Virus record (IMG/VR): IMGVR_UViG_3300001528_000621
Span: 96,001 to 160,000 of that record
DNA: 64,000 nt
Strand: one strand, 5' to 3'
DNA from: a virus
Taxonomy: Duplodnaviria > Caudoviricetes
The notes beneath the pieces are model-generated. The model worked only from the letters and a program-made list of their open reading frames with translations. It was not told the DNA's origin and did not search any database. Positions 1 through 8,997 of the stretch are shown piece after piece. Both the position numbers and the translations under genes were made by a program. Positions within the stretch are counted from its first letter, which is position 1, and the number at the start of each line of letters is the position of its first letter.

Positions 1-2
1 TT

Positions 3-470
3 GATCTCGATTTCATCAGAAAGCAGGACTTCATTACAGCTGTGCCGATTGAGATAGCACTTACGCTGAAAGATAGGGTTGAAGCTCTTTATTCTCATCC
101 AAATCTCAGATTTATTGTAACCGGTGTACCTGCTAGGAGAGTACCGAATCTCTACGATCTAGGATATACAGCTTTTGCACCTCTTACAGAAGGAGATCTC
201 ATCCGGATCGTTTCAGAGAACAGCAATGAAGAGAAACCTAAAGACTGTGAAAAGGAGGTTGTGCCCGAGGCAGACGAGAATGTGGGAGATGAAAACCTAA
301 TACCTAACAAGCCGGATGAGGACAATACAACTTCTATAGAGGAGAAGTACTACGTTAACGGTAGGGAAGTTGATAAGAAGCAATACAAGAACGCTGCTAA
401 GGAGTTCGAAAACGACCTTAAGGAGCTTTCTAGTGAGTGTGAACACCTATTCGGGTTTTTTGATTTTTAA
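3..470 (+). CDS. hypothetical acidic protein, 5' end probably outside the window
   Basis: Frame of ORF 42..470 stays open back to the window edge. Confidence 0.6.
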   Translation, partial: DLDFIRKQDFITAVPIEIALTLKDRVEALYSHPNLRFIVTGVPARRVPNLYDLGYTAFAPLTEGDLIRIVSENSNEEKPKDCEKEVVPEADENVGDENLIPNKPDEDNTTSIEEKYYVNGREVDKKQYKNAAKEFENDLKELSSECEHLFGFFDF

Positions 471-791
471 CCGGACCTAAACAAAGATAACACTTAACTA
501 TGAACGAGGAAAAGGTTGACGTTTCTGTCAGCCTTTCCTTATTTATTTTAGTTATGAATGATACAAGAAATAAAGTACTGAAGATGGTAATGAGGTGCAA
601 AAAGTACCGAAAACATAAACCTACTCCTGTACAGTTTCATGTTGTGCAGTTTGGAGGATTGGATGCACCTTTATTTCCGGAATCTGAAATAAAAGAAAAG
701 AGATTTAGTTCTACAGATACTCTTGAATTACGAAACGTTCTTAGGTCTATGGAATAAAAGCTAATTATTTTTGATACGAGAATAATAACAC

Positions 792-1445
792 ATGCTATAC
801 ACTTCAATGATTCTTCCTCTTCAGACAACCGCCGAGGGTCTCACATCAGAGCAAATTGGCAATGTTGTTGGACAGCTGTCTCAGTCTAGCATTGAGCTTG
901 CTGAAGCCGCAGCTAACTTTGGTGCACTCAAAGTAATTTTTGGTATTTTTTTGGTTTTTGCTCTCATAATGGTACTGTTGTTTGTGTACCAGATGTTAGC
1001 AACGACTCGAAAGGTTTCTAAAATCTACGATACGACTAATAAAGTTACCAGAATTTTAGAAGAAACATCGAATAGAACTTTAGGACGATCTCAATCGTCA
1101 ATTCTCATACGAAGAAGTTTTAATGAATTAGCTCAGTCTATTAAGTATACAATATTACGAACAAGACTAGAGAACCACTTAGATCAGAGAGAGTACGTTG
1201 TAAGCAAGGTAGAGAAACTAATCAATCACGAATATCAGGAACTTAATAGTTTCTTAATGAATTACGAATGTGATGATAGGTCTCTAGCTGTACACATAAA
1301 CACAGAGGATTCTAAAATCATTTCTGAATTTATATTAGAGCAGGTATATTTAGACAGCTCTATCTTTACCATAGCTAGCATGGACCAAGCAGCAGACATA
1401 CTTATAAAGGGTTTGCGGCTAGAAGCACTTAAAGGAATAGAATAG
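792..1445 (+). CDS. single-pass membrane protein
   Basis: 217 aa; hydrophobic segment VIFGIFLVFALIMVLLFVY followed by a soluble helical domain. Confidence 0.7.
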   Translation: MLYTSMILPLQTTAEGLTSEQIGNVVGQLSQSSIELAEAAANFGALKVIFGIFLVFALIMVLLFVYQMLATTRKVSKIYDTTNKVTRILEETSNRTLGRSQSSILIRRSFNELAQSIKYTILRTRLENHLDQREYVVSKVEKLINHEYQELNSFLMNYECDDRSLAVHINTEDSKIISEFILEQVYLDSSIFTIASMDQAADILIKGLRLEALKGIE

Positions 1446-1446
1446 G

Positions 1447-1722
1447 ATGAAAATTCAGGTCCGAGGATGTACATTTGATTCTGATACCGGTATTTGGTCT
1501 ATTTGGATGAATAAACCTAAAGGACTAAATGTAGAGGATAAAAAACTCTACAACCGGTTTAATCAAGAGTGCTATCTAAAGAACATAAAAAATAAGAAAG
1601 GAGTTGAAATGTTAGTGCTGAAAGGTAAATTTGTAGGTACTCAACTCAATTCGTTCTTGATAGTAATGAGAGAGGACCTAACAACATACATAAATAAATT
1701 AAAGAAAACTGGAACTAAATAG
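1447..1722 (+). CDS. hypothetical protein
   Basis: 91-aa ORF abutting the upstream gene and followed by a terminator-like hairpin. Confidence 0.6.
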   Translation: MKIQVRGCTFDSDTGIWSIWMNKPKGLNVEDKKLYNRFNQECYLKNIKNKKGVEMLVLKGKFVGTQLNSFLIVMREDLTTYINKLKKTGTK

Positions 1723-1773
1723 TTTCAGCTTTTTCTTTTAGTTTTAGCTTATTGAATCAAAACATATAAAGCT

Positions 1774-2751
1774 GTGGGAAAGAAAAAGAAAGGAAAATTT
1801 AAGAGTAATAGTGTCGAAAGTTTTTCTGTAGATTTGGTCGTACCGTTTGTAGATCCTTCAGACACTCAATGGCAAAAAGACCGAGAAGAGTGGGCAGAAA
1901 AATGTAAAGATCCTTCTCTGAATGAAGTTAGTTTGGCAGCTAATCAGGACTTCAGGTTTAGGGATTGGGGAATTTTTCCATACGTTTTCAGAAGCATTCA
2001 AGAGAACATACCTTGGATCAGAAAGATATTTTTAATCGTAGCTTCAGATACTCAGGTACCGGCTTGGCTAAATAGGGACACAGTTGAAATCGTTAAACAC
2101 TCTGACATTTTTGATGCAGATGAGCTTCCAGTCTTCTCTCCTACAATAATAGAAATGAAGTTAGGAAATATTAAAGGTCTTTCAGAGCACTTCATTTATG
2201 TGAACGACGATATGTTCTTTTTGAAGCCTTTGAAAAAGTCCGACTTCTTTACAGAGGGGGGGGGCCTACCAAAAATAGGGTTTGAAACATTCTCTGTGTT
2301 CGATGTAGAACACATTAACCCTTTCATTTACAATTACGGTTTTAGGCAAAAGTATTTATTCTCTGACGAATTTGATCTTAAAGGGGATAGGACTACGTAC
2401 GGGATTTATCACGGACCTCAACCAGTACTTAAGAGCGTAGTTAACTACATACAAAGGAAGTATGCTAAGGAGATAAAAGAAAATTCTTTTAGGTTTAGAA
2501 AAGCTGTTGACGACTATAATATTTACATCTACCATATCTACAGTATCTTATCTAAAAAATACGAAAAGGGACAATCAATAACTCAATACAGTTCCATTGA
2601 AAGCTTAGCAGACGTCCCAAAGACTGTGGAAGGAGACATGCTATGTATAAACGACTACATACAGTCAGAGGAAGAAGCTGGTCCTATTATTCAGCTTTGT
2701 CAATCAAGACTTGAATCTCTATTTCCTAACAAATCCAAATACGAATTATGA
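1774..2751 (+). CDS. Stealth-family hexose-1-phosphate transferase (capsular polysaccharide phosphotransferase-like)
   Basis: CR1 VDLVVPFVDPSD..W; CR2 RFRD..YVFRSI..PWIRKIFLIV..QVPAWLN..GLSEHFIYVNDDMFF; CR4 CIND..LESLFPNKSKYE. Confidence 0.9.
   Translation: MGKKKKGKFKSNSVESFSVDLVVPFVDPSDTQWQKDREEWAEKCKDPSLNEVSLAANQDFRFRDWGIFPYVFRSIQENIPWIRKIFLIVASDTQVPAWLNRDTVEIVKHSDIFDADELPVFSPTIIEMKLGNIKGLSEHFIYVNDDMFFLKPLKKSDFFTEGGGLPKIGFETFSVFDVEHINPFIYNYGFRQKYLFSDEFDLKGDRTTYGIYHGPQPVLKSVVNYIQRKYAKEIKENSFRFRKAVDDYNIYIYHIYSILSKKYEKGQSITQYSSIESLADVPKTVEGDMLCINDYIQSEEEAGPIIQLCQSRLESLFPNKSKYEL
2256..2264 (+). repeat. G9 homopolymer inside the Stealth gene
   Basis: acaga-GGGGGGGGG-cc, currently in frame (E-G-G-G). 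Confidence 0.95.
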
Positions 2752-3482
2752 TGGTAAATAATTTCAAAAAAGTAGAACCGTATCTTACAGAAAGAGAAGG
2801 TTTCTATTACGTCATAGACATCGTATGTAGGCTAAAGGACACAAACCTTAGATTGCCTGAAGAAATCTATGGAGGTGTGAGGGTTAGAAGAGTAAAGTAC
2901 TATCTTATTAAAAGTGTATCCGATCTAAAGAACATTGAACCCGAAATTAAGCTTCTTTGTAGAGCTTTAGGAGCAAGAGCGTACATAGGACTAGTACCTA
3001 TAAACATGACGACGTTACTTCAGAAAATTGGGTGTCAAAGTTTGATGTTGTCTCTACAAGAGAACTGGGAGCAAAGGTTTATTGACATAGAAGGACTAGA
3101 ACTTCTTAATTTCGGACTTTTTGATGTCGAGGAAGGAGAGACAGAGCATCCTAAATATTCTGGATCTGAAATCTTTTTTAATTCTCTAGATACCCAATGC
3201 AAGTACCTCACATTCGATATAGATCGCCCAGAACTATTAGACAATCTTACAAAAAATTTAGATATTTTAGGAATAGGAGTTTGTGAAGAGGTACCGTCTG
3301 TTTGGGGAAAAACTCTAATAGTAAAGTTACCAGAGGACTACACTGAATCAACTTTGAAGTTTGAACAGTGGTGGAATATCCGAACTTATTACAAACTAAA
3401 AGATGTGTATCCCGGGCCGCATAAGTGGGGACCAGTAAACCTTTATGTGCCGGGAAAAAGACTTATAAGTACTGCAGTGTAG
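2748..3482 (+). CDS. AEP (primase-polymerase)-like fold protein, paralog 1
   Basis: Paralog of 8990..9628 (VNNF..., EIKLLC..ARAY); LTFDID motif; motif II degenerate (PSVWGKT). Confidence 0.5.
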   Translation: MMVNNFKKVEPYLTEREGFYYVIDIVCRLKDTNLRLPEEIYGGVRVRRVKYYLIKSVSDLKNIEPEIKLLCRALGARAYIGLVPINMTTLLQKIGCQSLMLSLQENWEQRFIDIEGLELLNFGLFDVEEGETEHPKYSGSEIFFNSLDTQCKYLTFDIDRPELLDNLTKNLDILGIGVCEEVPSVWGKTLIVKLPEDYTESTLKFEQWWNIRTYYKLKDVYPGPHKWGPVNLYVPGKRLISTAV

Positions 3483-4231
3483 TGAGAGAAGCTATAAATA
3501 ATATTGAACAAGTAGCTAAATACTTGGAACCGGTAAAAGGCTGCAAGTACGCTGTGTTTACAGTATTGCGGCAAAAAGATTCAGGAATTCAATCTCAGTA
3601 CAATCTGGACCGTGCATGCTTTCCGGAGGATGATAATGTTTTTGGATCTATAGTTACAGCAGTGAACATATCTCTACGCAACGTGTGGGTTAAGGACGGA
3701 GAAGAGCTCCTCAAATACTCTGATGAGTTCGTATCTATTTGTGAATTTACCCGTAGCAGGCTTTACATTGTAGTGGAGCCAATATCAATTGAAAAGGTAA
3801 ATACAAACTTGCTCCAAAATATTTTACATTCGTTTTACAGTACGCCAGACAAGCTTTTACCAGAAGAAGTTCTACCTCGATATTTTTACTCTTTTTTCTC
3901 TTTACGTAAAAATGATATATGGATATCTGATGTAATTTGGAGAAAAAACGGATACACAACATTCGATGTAGACAACGTTGTAGGTAGGGGTATGCAAGAT
4001 GCTCAAAGAAATCTTAGATATCTTGAAAATCTTGGATATAGTTACGTAGACAGGTTTACTACTCCAAACGGGTTTCATATTTTGATGAAATCCCCTGTAC
4101 ACGGTAAGTTTACAGTAGAAGAAGAAGCAAGATGGTATAATCGTTACATTATGCCTCCGTTTTCTACTTTAGGTAATTATCTTGGAATTCATACAGATGG
4201 CTGCATTCTAGCATATGCTCCTCAACTTTAA
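3482..4231 (+). CDS. AEP-like fold protein, paralog 2
   Basis: GTG start overlapping the upstream TAG aligns with the paralog N-termini (REAINNIEQ vs REVNNFEQ); TFDVD and TTPNGFH motifs. Confidence 0.55.
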   Translation: MREAINNIEQVAKYLEPVKGCKYAVFTVLRQKDSGIQSQYNLDRACFPEDDNVFGSIVTAVNISLRNVWVKDGEELLKYSDEFVSICEFTRSRLYIVVEPISIEKVNTNLLQNILHSFYSTPDKLLPEEVLPRYFYSFFSLRKNDIWISDVIWRKNGYTTFDVDNVVGRGMQDAQRNLRYLENLGYSYVDRFTTPNGFHILMKSPVHGKFTVEEEARWYNRYIMPPFSTLGNYLGIHTDGCILAYAPQL

Positions 4232-4260
4232 TTTATATCTTTAGAGAAATAAAAAGAAAG

Positions 4261-4464
4261 ATGGGACTAGAGAAAGCAATAGCTTCTGGAAAAGAGCATA
4301 GAAAAGAGTATAAAGGAGCAAAGAGAGTTTCTCGTAGCTGTAGAAACAACGGGGGAGGACATAAACACTCGGAGTGCCCTTACTGTCAATCAAATCGAGA
4401 ACACAATAGTAGAGTTAAAGAAGAGAAAGCCAATTTTGATTTGTCAGAAAATATAGCTATTTAA
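4261..4464 (+). CDS. small basic Cys/His protein (conserved phage hypothetical)
   Basis: LEKAIASGKEHRK...SCRN...CPYC..NR; preceded by a TATCTTTAG promoter. Confidence 0.7.
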   Translation: MGLEKAIASGKEHRKEYKGAKRVSRSCRNNGGGHKHSECPYCQSNREHNSRVKEEKANFDLSENIAI

Positions 4465-4475
4465 CAAAACATACA

Positions 4476-4527
4476 TCAGCAGTTCTGTGACGTATTCCTG
4501 CTGACTAAAAATTAAAACATAAAGTCA
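4476..4527 (+). promoter_or_regulatory. candidate preQ1-I-like riboswitch / structured leader
   Basis: 7-bp stem UCAGCAG/CUGCUGA, loop UUC...UUC, A-rich tail; directly upstream of the porin and yhhQ genes. Confidence 0.4.
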
Positions 4528-5166
4528 ATGAAAAAAATTCTTATTTTAGTGACAGCTCTTCTGCTGTCCATCGGTGCATCCGCACAAACAGATCTTCATT
4601 ATCTTCCAGTTACATTTTCTACGAACGGAACAAGTACGGTTGGAAAGGTATTTACAGCTTTAACTCTCCCTACAGAAAATACCGTAACCTATGTGGAGGT
4701 TCTTAAAACTGTTCAGGATCCAGACTATTACATTCAATTCTTTCACGAACAGAAGTTTTGGGAAGCTCCAATTTACGTGCATGCTGAGTTCCGAGACCAG
4801 AGCTGGTCTGGGTATGGAGAGACAATGCTTATGGTTGGAGGAGCTTTTGACGTCTTTACAAAGAATGGAATGATTGCTTTTGAACCTCTTTTGAGAATAG
4901 ATGGTGAAAAAAGAGATTGGGGTCATTTTCAGCCAATGTTTTCTGTCGTTACGGGACACGATTGGGGTAAATTTAATCTAAATTCATTTTCAGACTTCTG
5001 GTATGATTCAAACTACCTGAATAACGGATTTAATTGGTACTCTGAAGCTTGGGCTTATTTCAAAGTTTGGGAACACTTTCAATTAGGAGCTGTATTTTCT
5101 GCAAGCTATAACGAAAGCGTTAAGTTTTCTGCATCGGTAGCACCAGGATTAAAGATTATATTCTAA
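4528..5166 (+). CDS. outer-membrane beta-barrel, DUF5020/Tsx-like nucleoside channel
   Basis: Signal peptide MKKILILVTALLLSIGASAQ, then Q..LHY, HEQKFWEAPIYVHAEF, FSDFW, alternating aromatic strands and a C-terminal Phe. Confidence 0.65.
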   Translation: MKKILILVTALLLSIGASAQTDLHYLPVTFSTNGTSTVGKVFTALTLPTENTVTYVEVLKTVQDPDYYIQFFHEQKFWEAPIYVHAEFRDQSWSGYGETMLMVGGAFDVFTKNGMIAFEPLLRIDGEKRDWGHFQPMFSVVTGHDWGKFNLNSFSDFWYDSNYLNNGFNWYSEAWAYFKVWEHFQLGAVFSASYNESVKFSASVAPGLKIIF

Positions 5167-5186
5167 TTGTAAAGGATATTTGAAAT

Positions 5187-5915
5187 ATGGGATTTTTGAT
5201 GAGTAACGAGGCTTTGTTCCTTATCCAGCTTATTGTCTCTTTTGCAGGGGTAATATTTGCGTATAAATTTTTCGGAAAGACAGGACTTTTTGTATGGGCA
5301 GGACTAATAACTGTTTATGCTAATCTAGAAGTTAATTCTTTCTTGACAATGTTCGGTCTAGCTGTTAGTCTAGGAAATATTGGATTTTGTAGTCTAAGTT
5401 TTGCTCAAGACATTACGAATGAACAGTACGGTAAAGATGTAGCAAAAAAACTGGTAACGGTAGGACTATTTTCCTCTATTGCAATCCTGGTTGTAAGCCA
5501 GCTTAGTTGTTTCTTCAAATGCGATGGAGGTAACTATGAAGCATTTGAGAGTGTATTTGCAGCATTACTCCCGATACTGGTTTCTAGCTTAACATCATAC
5601 TTCTGCTCTAATAGGTTAAATGTATTTTTGTATAATTGGATTAGACAAAGAACAGATAAAGACTGGATAAAAACTCAAGTTAGTTCTCAGACAGCACAGC
5701 TTTTTGATACAGTGTTCTTTACGTCTCTTTGTGTAGGTTGGGAAATTTTAGCAACAAAGACAGGAGCTGGATTTCTTCATACGTATTTTCCAACAGACTT
5801 TGGAACGTTTGTAGAACTTATTGTAACTTCATATATCATTAAAGCTATAATTGTTCTAGCTGAGATTCCAGGAATGTACTTTATGAGAAAAGTTGGAGCA
5901 CCGAAAGAAGTTTAG
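5187..5915 (+). CDS. yhhQ: queuosine precursor (preQ0/preQ1) transporter, YhhQ/Vut_1 family
   Basis: About 6 TM helices; FGKTGL..W, ANLEV, LGN, DITNEQYGK..AKK.V..G, S..AQLFDTVFF. Confidence 0.85.
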   Translation: MGFLMSNEALFLIQLIVSFAGVIFAYKFFGKTGLFVWAGLITVYANLEVNSFLTMFGLAVSLGNIGFCSLSFAQDITNEQYGKDVAKKLVTVGLFSSIAILVVSQLSCFFKCDGGNYEAFESVFAALLPILVSSLTSYFCSNRLNVFLYNWIRQRTDKDWIKTQVSSQTAQLFDTVFFTSLCVGWEILATKTGAGFLHTYFPTDFGTFVELIVTSYIIKAIIVLAEIPGMYFMRKVGAPKEV

Positions 5916-5966
5916 TCTTTAAAGTTCAATAGAAATTTTTATCTTTAGCTTAGAAATAGAAAAGAT

Positions 5967-6224
5967 ATGAAAAACATACTTTCACTGCCAGATATTCCAT
6001 TCTACAGAAGTACATGCCCGTTTTGCGGCTGTGAATTTGAATATACAGCAGACGAGGCAGATTACTTGGAGTATGACGGTTATGTAGTTGTTTGTCCACA
6101 TTGCTTTAAGACTTTGCGTGTTGAGGATCCAAAACTACAAACACCGTGGAGACACGAACATCCGGAAAGGCCTGGTACATCAAATTTACCTGGGACAGTA
6201 AACATATGGAACAAAGAGTGCTAA
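5967..6224 (+). CDS. small zinc-ribbon protein
   Basis: CPFC...CPHC; has its own TATCTTTAG promoter at 5940. Confidence 0.65.
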   Translation: MKNILSLPDIPFYRSTCPFCGCEFEYTADEADYLEYDGYVVVCPHCFKTLRVEDPKLQTPWRHEHPERPGTSNLPGTVNIWNKEC

Positions 6225-6895
6225 TAACGGGAACATCCCAGGGTATCGGTCTTGCTACAGCTAAAAGGTTTCTAGAAAGATCAGGTACTTTCGTTTTTGG
6301 CTTTGACAAACAACCTTGTCCGGAAGAGCTGGAGGGTCATAAGAGGTACACTCACTTTAATATTTCTGTAACAGATATTGAAGAGTTTGTTATTCTCGAT
6401 AAACTAGATTATGTTATCTGTAATGCAGGTATTCAGACAGCCCCAGAAGCTGGTAATGTAATGATGACAAACTTTTGGGGAGTTGATAACATAATCAGAA
6501 TGTATGCTCTTCAATCTTGCTGCAAAGGCATTGTCATTGTAGGTTCAGTCTCAGGCATAACAGGAGCAGAGTTTGATGAGTATGTAGCAAGTAAAGGAGC
6601 TCTTATACCGTACACAAAAGCTATAGCTAATAAAGTAGCTCAGTGGGGAGGAGTTTGCAACTGCATTGCACCTGGAGGAGTAATGACAGAACTCAATGAA
6701 CCGGTAATGGACAATCCAAAGCTCTGGGATAGAATAATGAACCTGACACCTCTCAAACGTTGGGCAGAACCTTCAGAGATAGCAGATTGGATTTATTTTC
6801 TAGCTACTCAAAGGTTCTGTACAGGACAGACTATTATCGTTGATGGAGGAGAATCAATCAAATCTAACTTTGTTTGGCCTTCATTAGAGTTTTAA
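6206..6895 (+). CDS. short-chain dehydrogenase/reductase (SDR)
   Basis: TGTSQGIG Rossmann motif, NAG, catalytic S..YVASK, PGGV.T, TGQ.I.VDGG; start moved to the ATG at 6206. Confidence 0.92.
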   Translation: MEQRVLITGTSQGIGLATAKRFLERSGTFVFGFDKQPCPEELEGHKRYTHFNISVTDIEEFVILDKLDYVICNAGIQTAPEAGNVMMTNFWGVDNIIRMYALQSCCKGIVIVGSVSGITGAEFDEYVASKGALIPYTKAIANKVAQWGGVCNCIAPGGVMTELNEPVMDNPKLWDRIMNLTPLKRWAEPSEIADWIYFLATQRFCTGQTIIVDGGESIKSNFVWPSLEF

Positions 6896-6914
6896 GGAGA
6901 ACGTAGGATGCTTT

Positions 6915-6976
6915 AAGGGACCTTTAATTCAAATGTCTTCATAAAGAAAGATATAAATTAAAGGTCCTTTTCTTTT
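6915..6976 (+). terminator. long hairpin plus U-tract
   Basis: AAGGGACCTTTAATT...AATTAAAGGTCCTT followed by TTCTTTT. Confidence 0.7.
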
Positions 6977-7034
6977 GCTCCTTCAAAAATAATAACTATC
7001 TTTAGCTTAGAAATTAAAAACAAATAAACAGCAT

Positions 7035-8042
7035 ATGCAATATTCTCTGGATGAGTACACCTTAATTCCCAAAAGGATATCTAAAATTAGTTCTAGAAGA
7101 GATGTTCAGGTTCTTGACGATAATGGGAAGCTTCCTGTGTTTGTAGCTCCTATGACTTGTATTTTAGACAGAAACAATTTTAGTACTTTCAATAAATCTC
7201 CTTTCATTCCGGTTTATCCGGTCTGGGCTGGTGAAAATCTTGCTTCAAGACAAGTAGTACCGGGTTGGGTAGCTGTTACTCTTAAGGAGTTTGAAGAGCA
7301 ATTTGTACCTGATGAAGGGTGGTTGAGGGACCGTAAACCTCACAAAATCTTGATAGACTGTGCAAACGGTCATATGGAAAAGATTTATGATTTAGTTAGG
7401 AAAGCTAAAGCTCGCCCGGGCAACGCAGGGTTGGAAGTAATGGTAGGTAATATAGCTAACCCAGAGACATACAAAGATTGCTGCATGGCCGGAATAGACT
7501 ATGTTAGAGTAGGTATTGGAGGAGGTTCTGGATGCACAACCTCTGTTCAGACAGGTTTTCATGCTGGGATGGGATGGCTTTTAACTGAAATAGAGTATTA
7601 CAGAAGAGATATTAAGAATAACTGGAAGTTTCAAGAACCGATGACAATTACAAAGGTTGTTGCTGATGGGGGAATTAACACTATCTCAAAAGCTGTAAAA
7701 GCCCTAGCTCTGGGTGCTGACTATGTGATGATGGGTAAAATCTTTGCTCAATGTGAAGAAGCTTGTGCATTGAAAATTTCAGAGGAACAACCCTTCAGAC
7801 AGTACTACGGACAGGCGTCAGAGCAGGGACAAATAGATAGGTTTGGAGAAGTGAGGAATAACCCGGAAGGTCTAGAAACTCTCGTACACATAGAACATAC
7901 TTTGGATTCCCTTGCAACTAAGTTTAAGGATGTACTAGCCAGTGCGTGTTCGTACGCTGGAGCTTCAAACTTAAAAGAATTTATTGGACAGGTGAGGTGG
8001 GACGTTATTTCAAAATCAGAATTTAATTCGTTTAACAAATAG
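7035..8042 (+). CDS. GMP reductase / IMP dehydrogenase family (no CBS domains)
   Basis: APM, ID.ANGH, MVGNIA, VRVGIGGGSGCTT, ADGGI, ALALGADYVMMG, SYAGA. Confidence 0.9.
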   Translation: MQYSLDEYTLIPKRISKISSRRDVQVLDDNGKLPVFVAPMTCILDRNNFSTFNKSPFIPVYPVWAGENLASRQVVPGWVAVTLKEFEEQFVPDEGWLRDRKPHKILIDCANGHMEKIYDLVRKAKARPGNAGLEVMVGNIANPETYKDCCMAGIDYVRVGIGGGSGCTTSVQTGFHAGMGWLLTEIEYYRRDIKNNWKFQEPMTITKVVADGGINTISKAVKALALGADYVMMGKIFAQCEEACALKISEEQPFRQYYGQASEQGQIDRFGEVRNNPEGLETLVHIEHTLDSLATKFKDVLASACSYAGASNLKEFIGQVRWDVISKSEFNSFNK

Positions 8043-8047
8043 GACAA

Positions 8048-8371
8048 ATGACAGGTTGGGAAAGACTAAAAGATGTACTCAATTCGTATCCGGAAGAGTC
8101 TCTTGTTACAAGACAGTCTCTACTTACGGACCTTTGTAATTTTTGGACTGAAAGTACTACAGATACCGTAAGGCGTCAGTTAGTCGTTTGCGGATTTCTT
8201 GCAGACACTAAATGTACAGGAGTTTACAAAGTAGTCGGTCACATTCCTTACGAACTCTCAATGAAAGGTCTTCGAAAAAGGTATGATGATATCATGCACC
8301 ATTTTGGCTATGTAGATGAAATTCAATGGTACGAGAAAAGTTGGAGTAAATTCTGTAAAATGGAGGTATAA
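8048..8371 (+). CDS. hypothetical protein
   Basis: 107-aa ORF in a tightly packed operon. Confidence 0.6.
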   Translation: MTGWERLKDVLNSYPEESLVTRQSLLTDLCNFWTESTTDTVRRQLVVCGFLADTKCTGVYKVVGHIPYELSMKGLRKRYDDIMHHFGYVDEIQWYEKSWSKFCKMEV

Positions 8372-8800
8372 ATGAAAGTAGCAAATAAGAAGGTTTGGCA
8401 AGATTTCTTGAACGAAAATCTTTGTAAGGAGCTTCGAAAGAACGGGATTGACTTTAAAGATGCTAAGTACGTTTGTATTAATAATCAAATACTCTTTAAG
8501 TCTGACGTAGAAAACGTAGAGGAGAGAGTAGAAAAAGGAGAAGGTTTTTATACCTATACCTTGCCAGAACTTTTGTATAAGCTGCCGGAGTGGATTGAAG
8601 ACCCCAATCTTCATCTGAAAGGTTCATTTTTATCTTTCTGGAAAGATGCTCCGTTTTATTCTTTTTGTTATGAGTCCCCGAACGGATGTTCGGTATCTTC
8701 CCGAGTAGCAGAATACCCGATAGAAGCTGCTGCTTTTCTACTAATTGCGTGTATGGAACGAGGGATAGGGTGCATAGAGGATATAAGCGGTAAGGAATAG
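8372..8800 (+). CDS. hypothetical protein
   Basis: 142 aa; YTLPELLYKLP motif seen in Bacteroidales phage proteins. Confidence 0.65.
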   Translation: MKVANKKVWQDFLNENLCKELRKNGIDFKDAKYVCINNQILFKSDVENVEERVEKGEGFYTYTLPELLYKLPEWIEDPNLHLKGSFLSFWKDAPFYSFCYESPNGCSVSSRVAEYPIEAAAFLLIACMERGIGCIEDISGKE

Positions 8801-8820
8801 TATCAAAAATTAAAAGAAAT

Positions 8821-8997
8821 ATGGAAGAGATTAAAGCAACTGAAATAATGGAAGCGTACAACAAGAGGTATGCACCGGAAACAGTCACACTGGAAGAGGT
8901 GAAAGACTATTTGAATACCCACGCATTTTTTAATTTGCACCCAGATGTTGCAGCGGCAATTATGCACCAGACCCTAAAGAAGAATAAAGATGATTAG
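8821..8997 (+). CDS. small hypothetical protein (58 aa, not in the ORF track)
   Basis: MEEIKATEIMEAY...KKNKDD*; A-rich leader; overlaps the start of the next gene. Confidence 0.6.
   Translation: MEEIKATEIMEAYNKRYAPETVTLEEVKDYLNTHAFFNLHPDVAAAIMHQTLKKNKDD

Noticed and set aside
500-757. 85-aa ORF as a confident gene
   Set aside because: No motif; it spans a probable hairpin/terminator, and a shorter version from an internal ATG is equally likely
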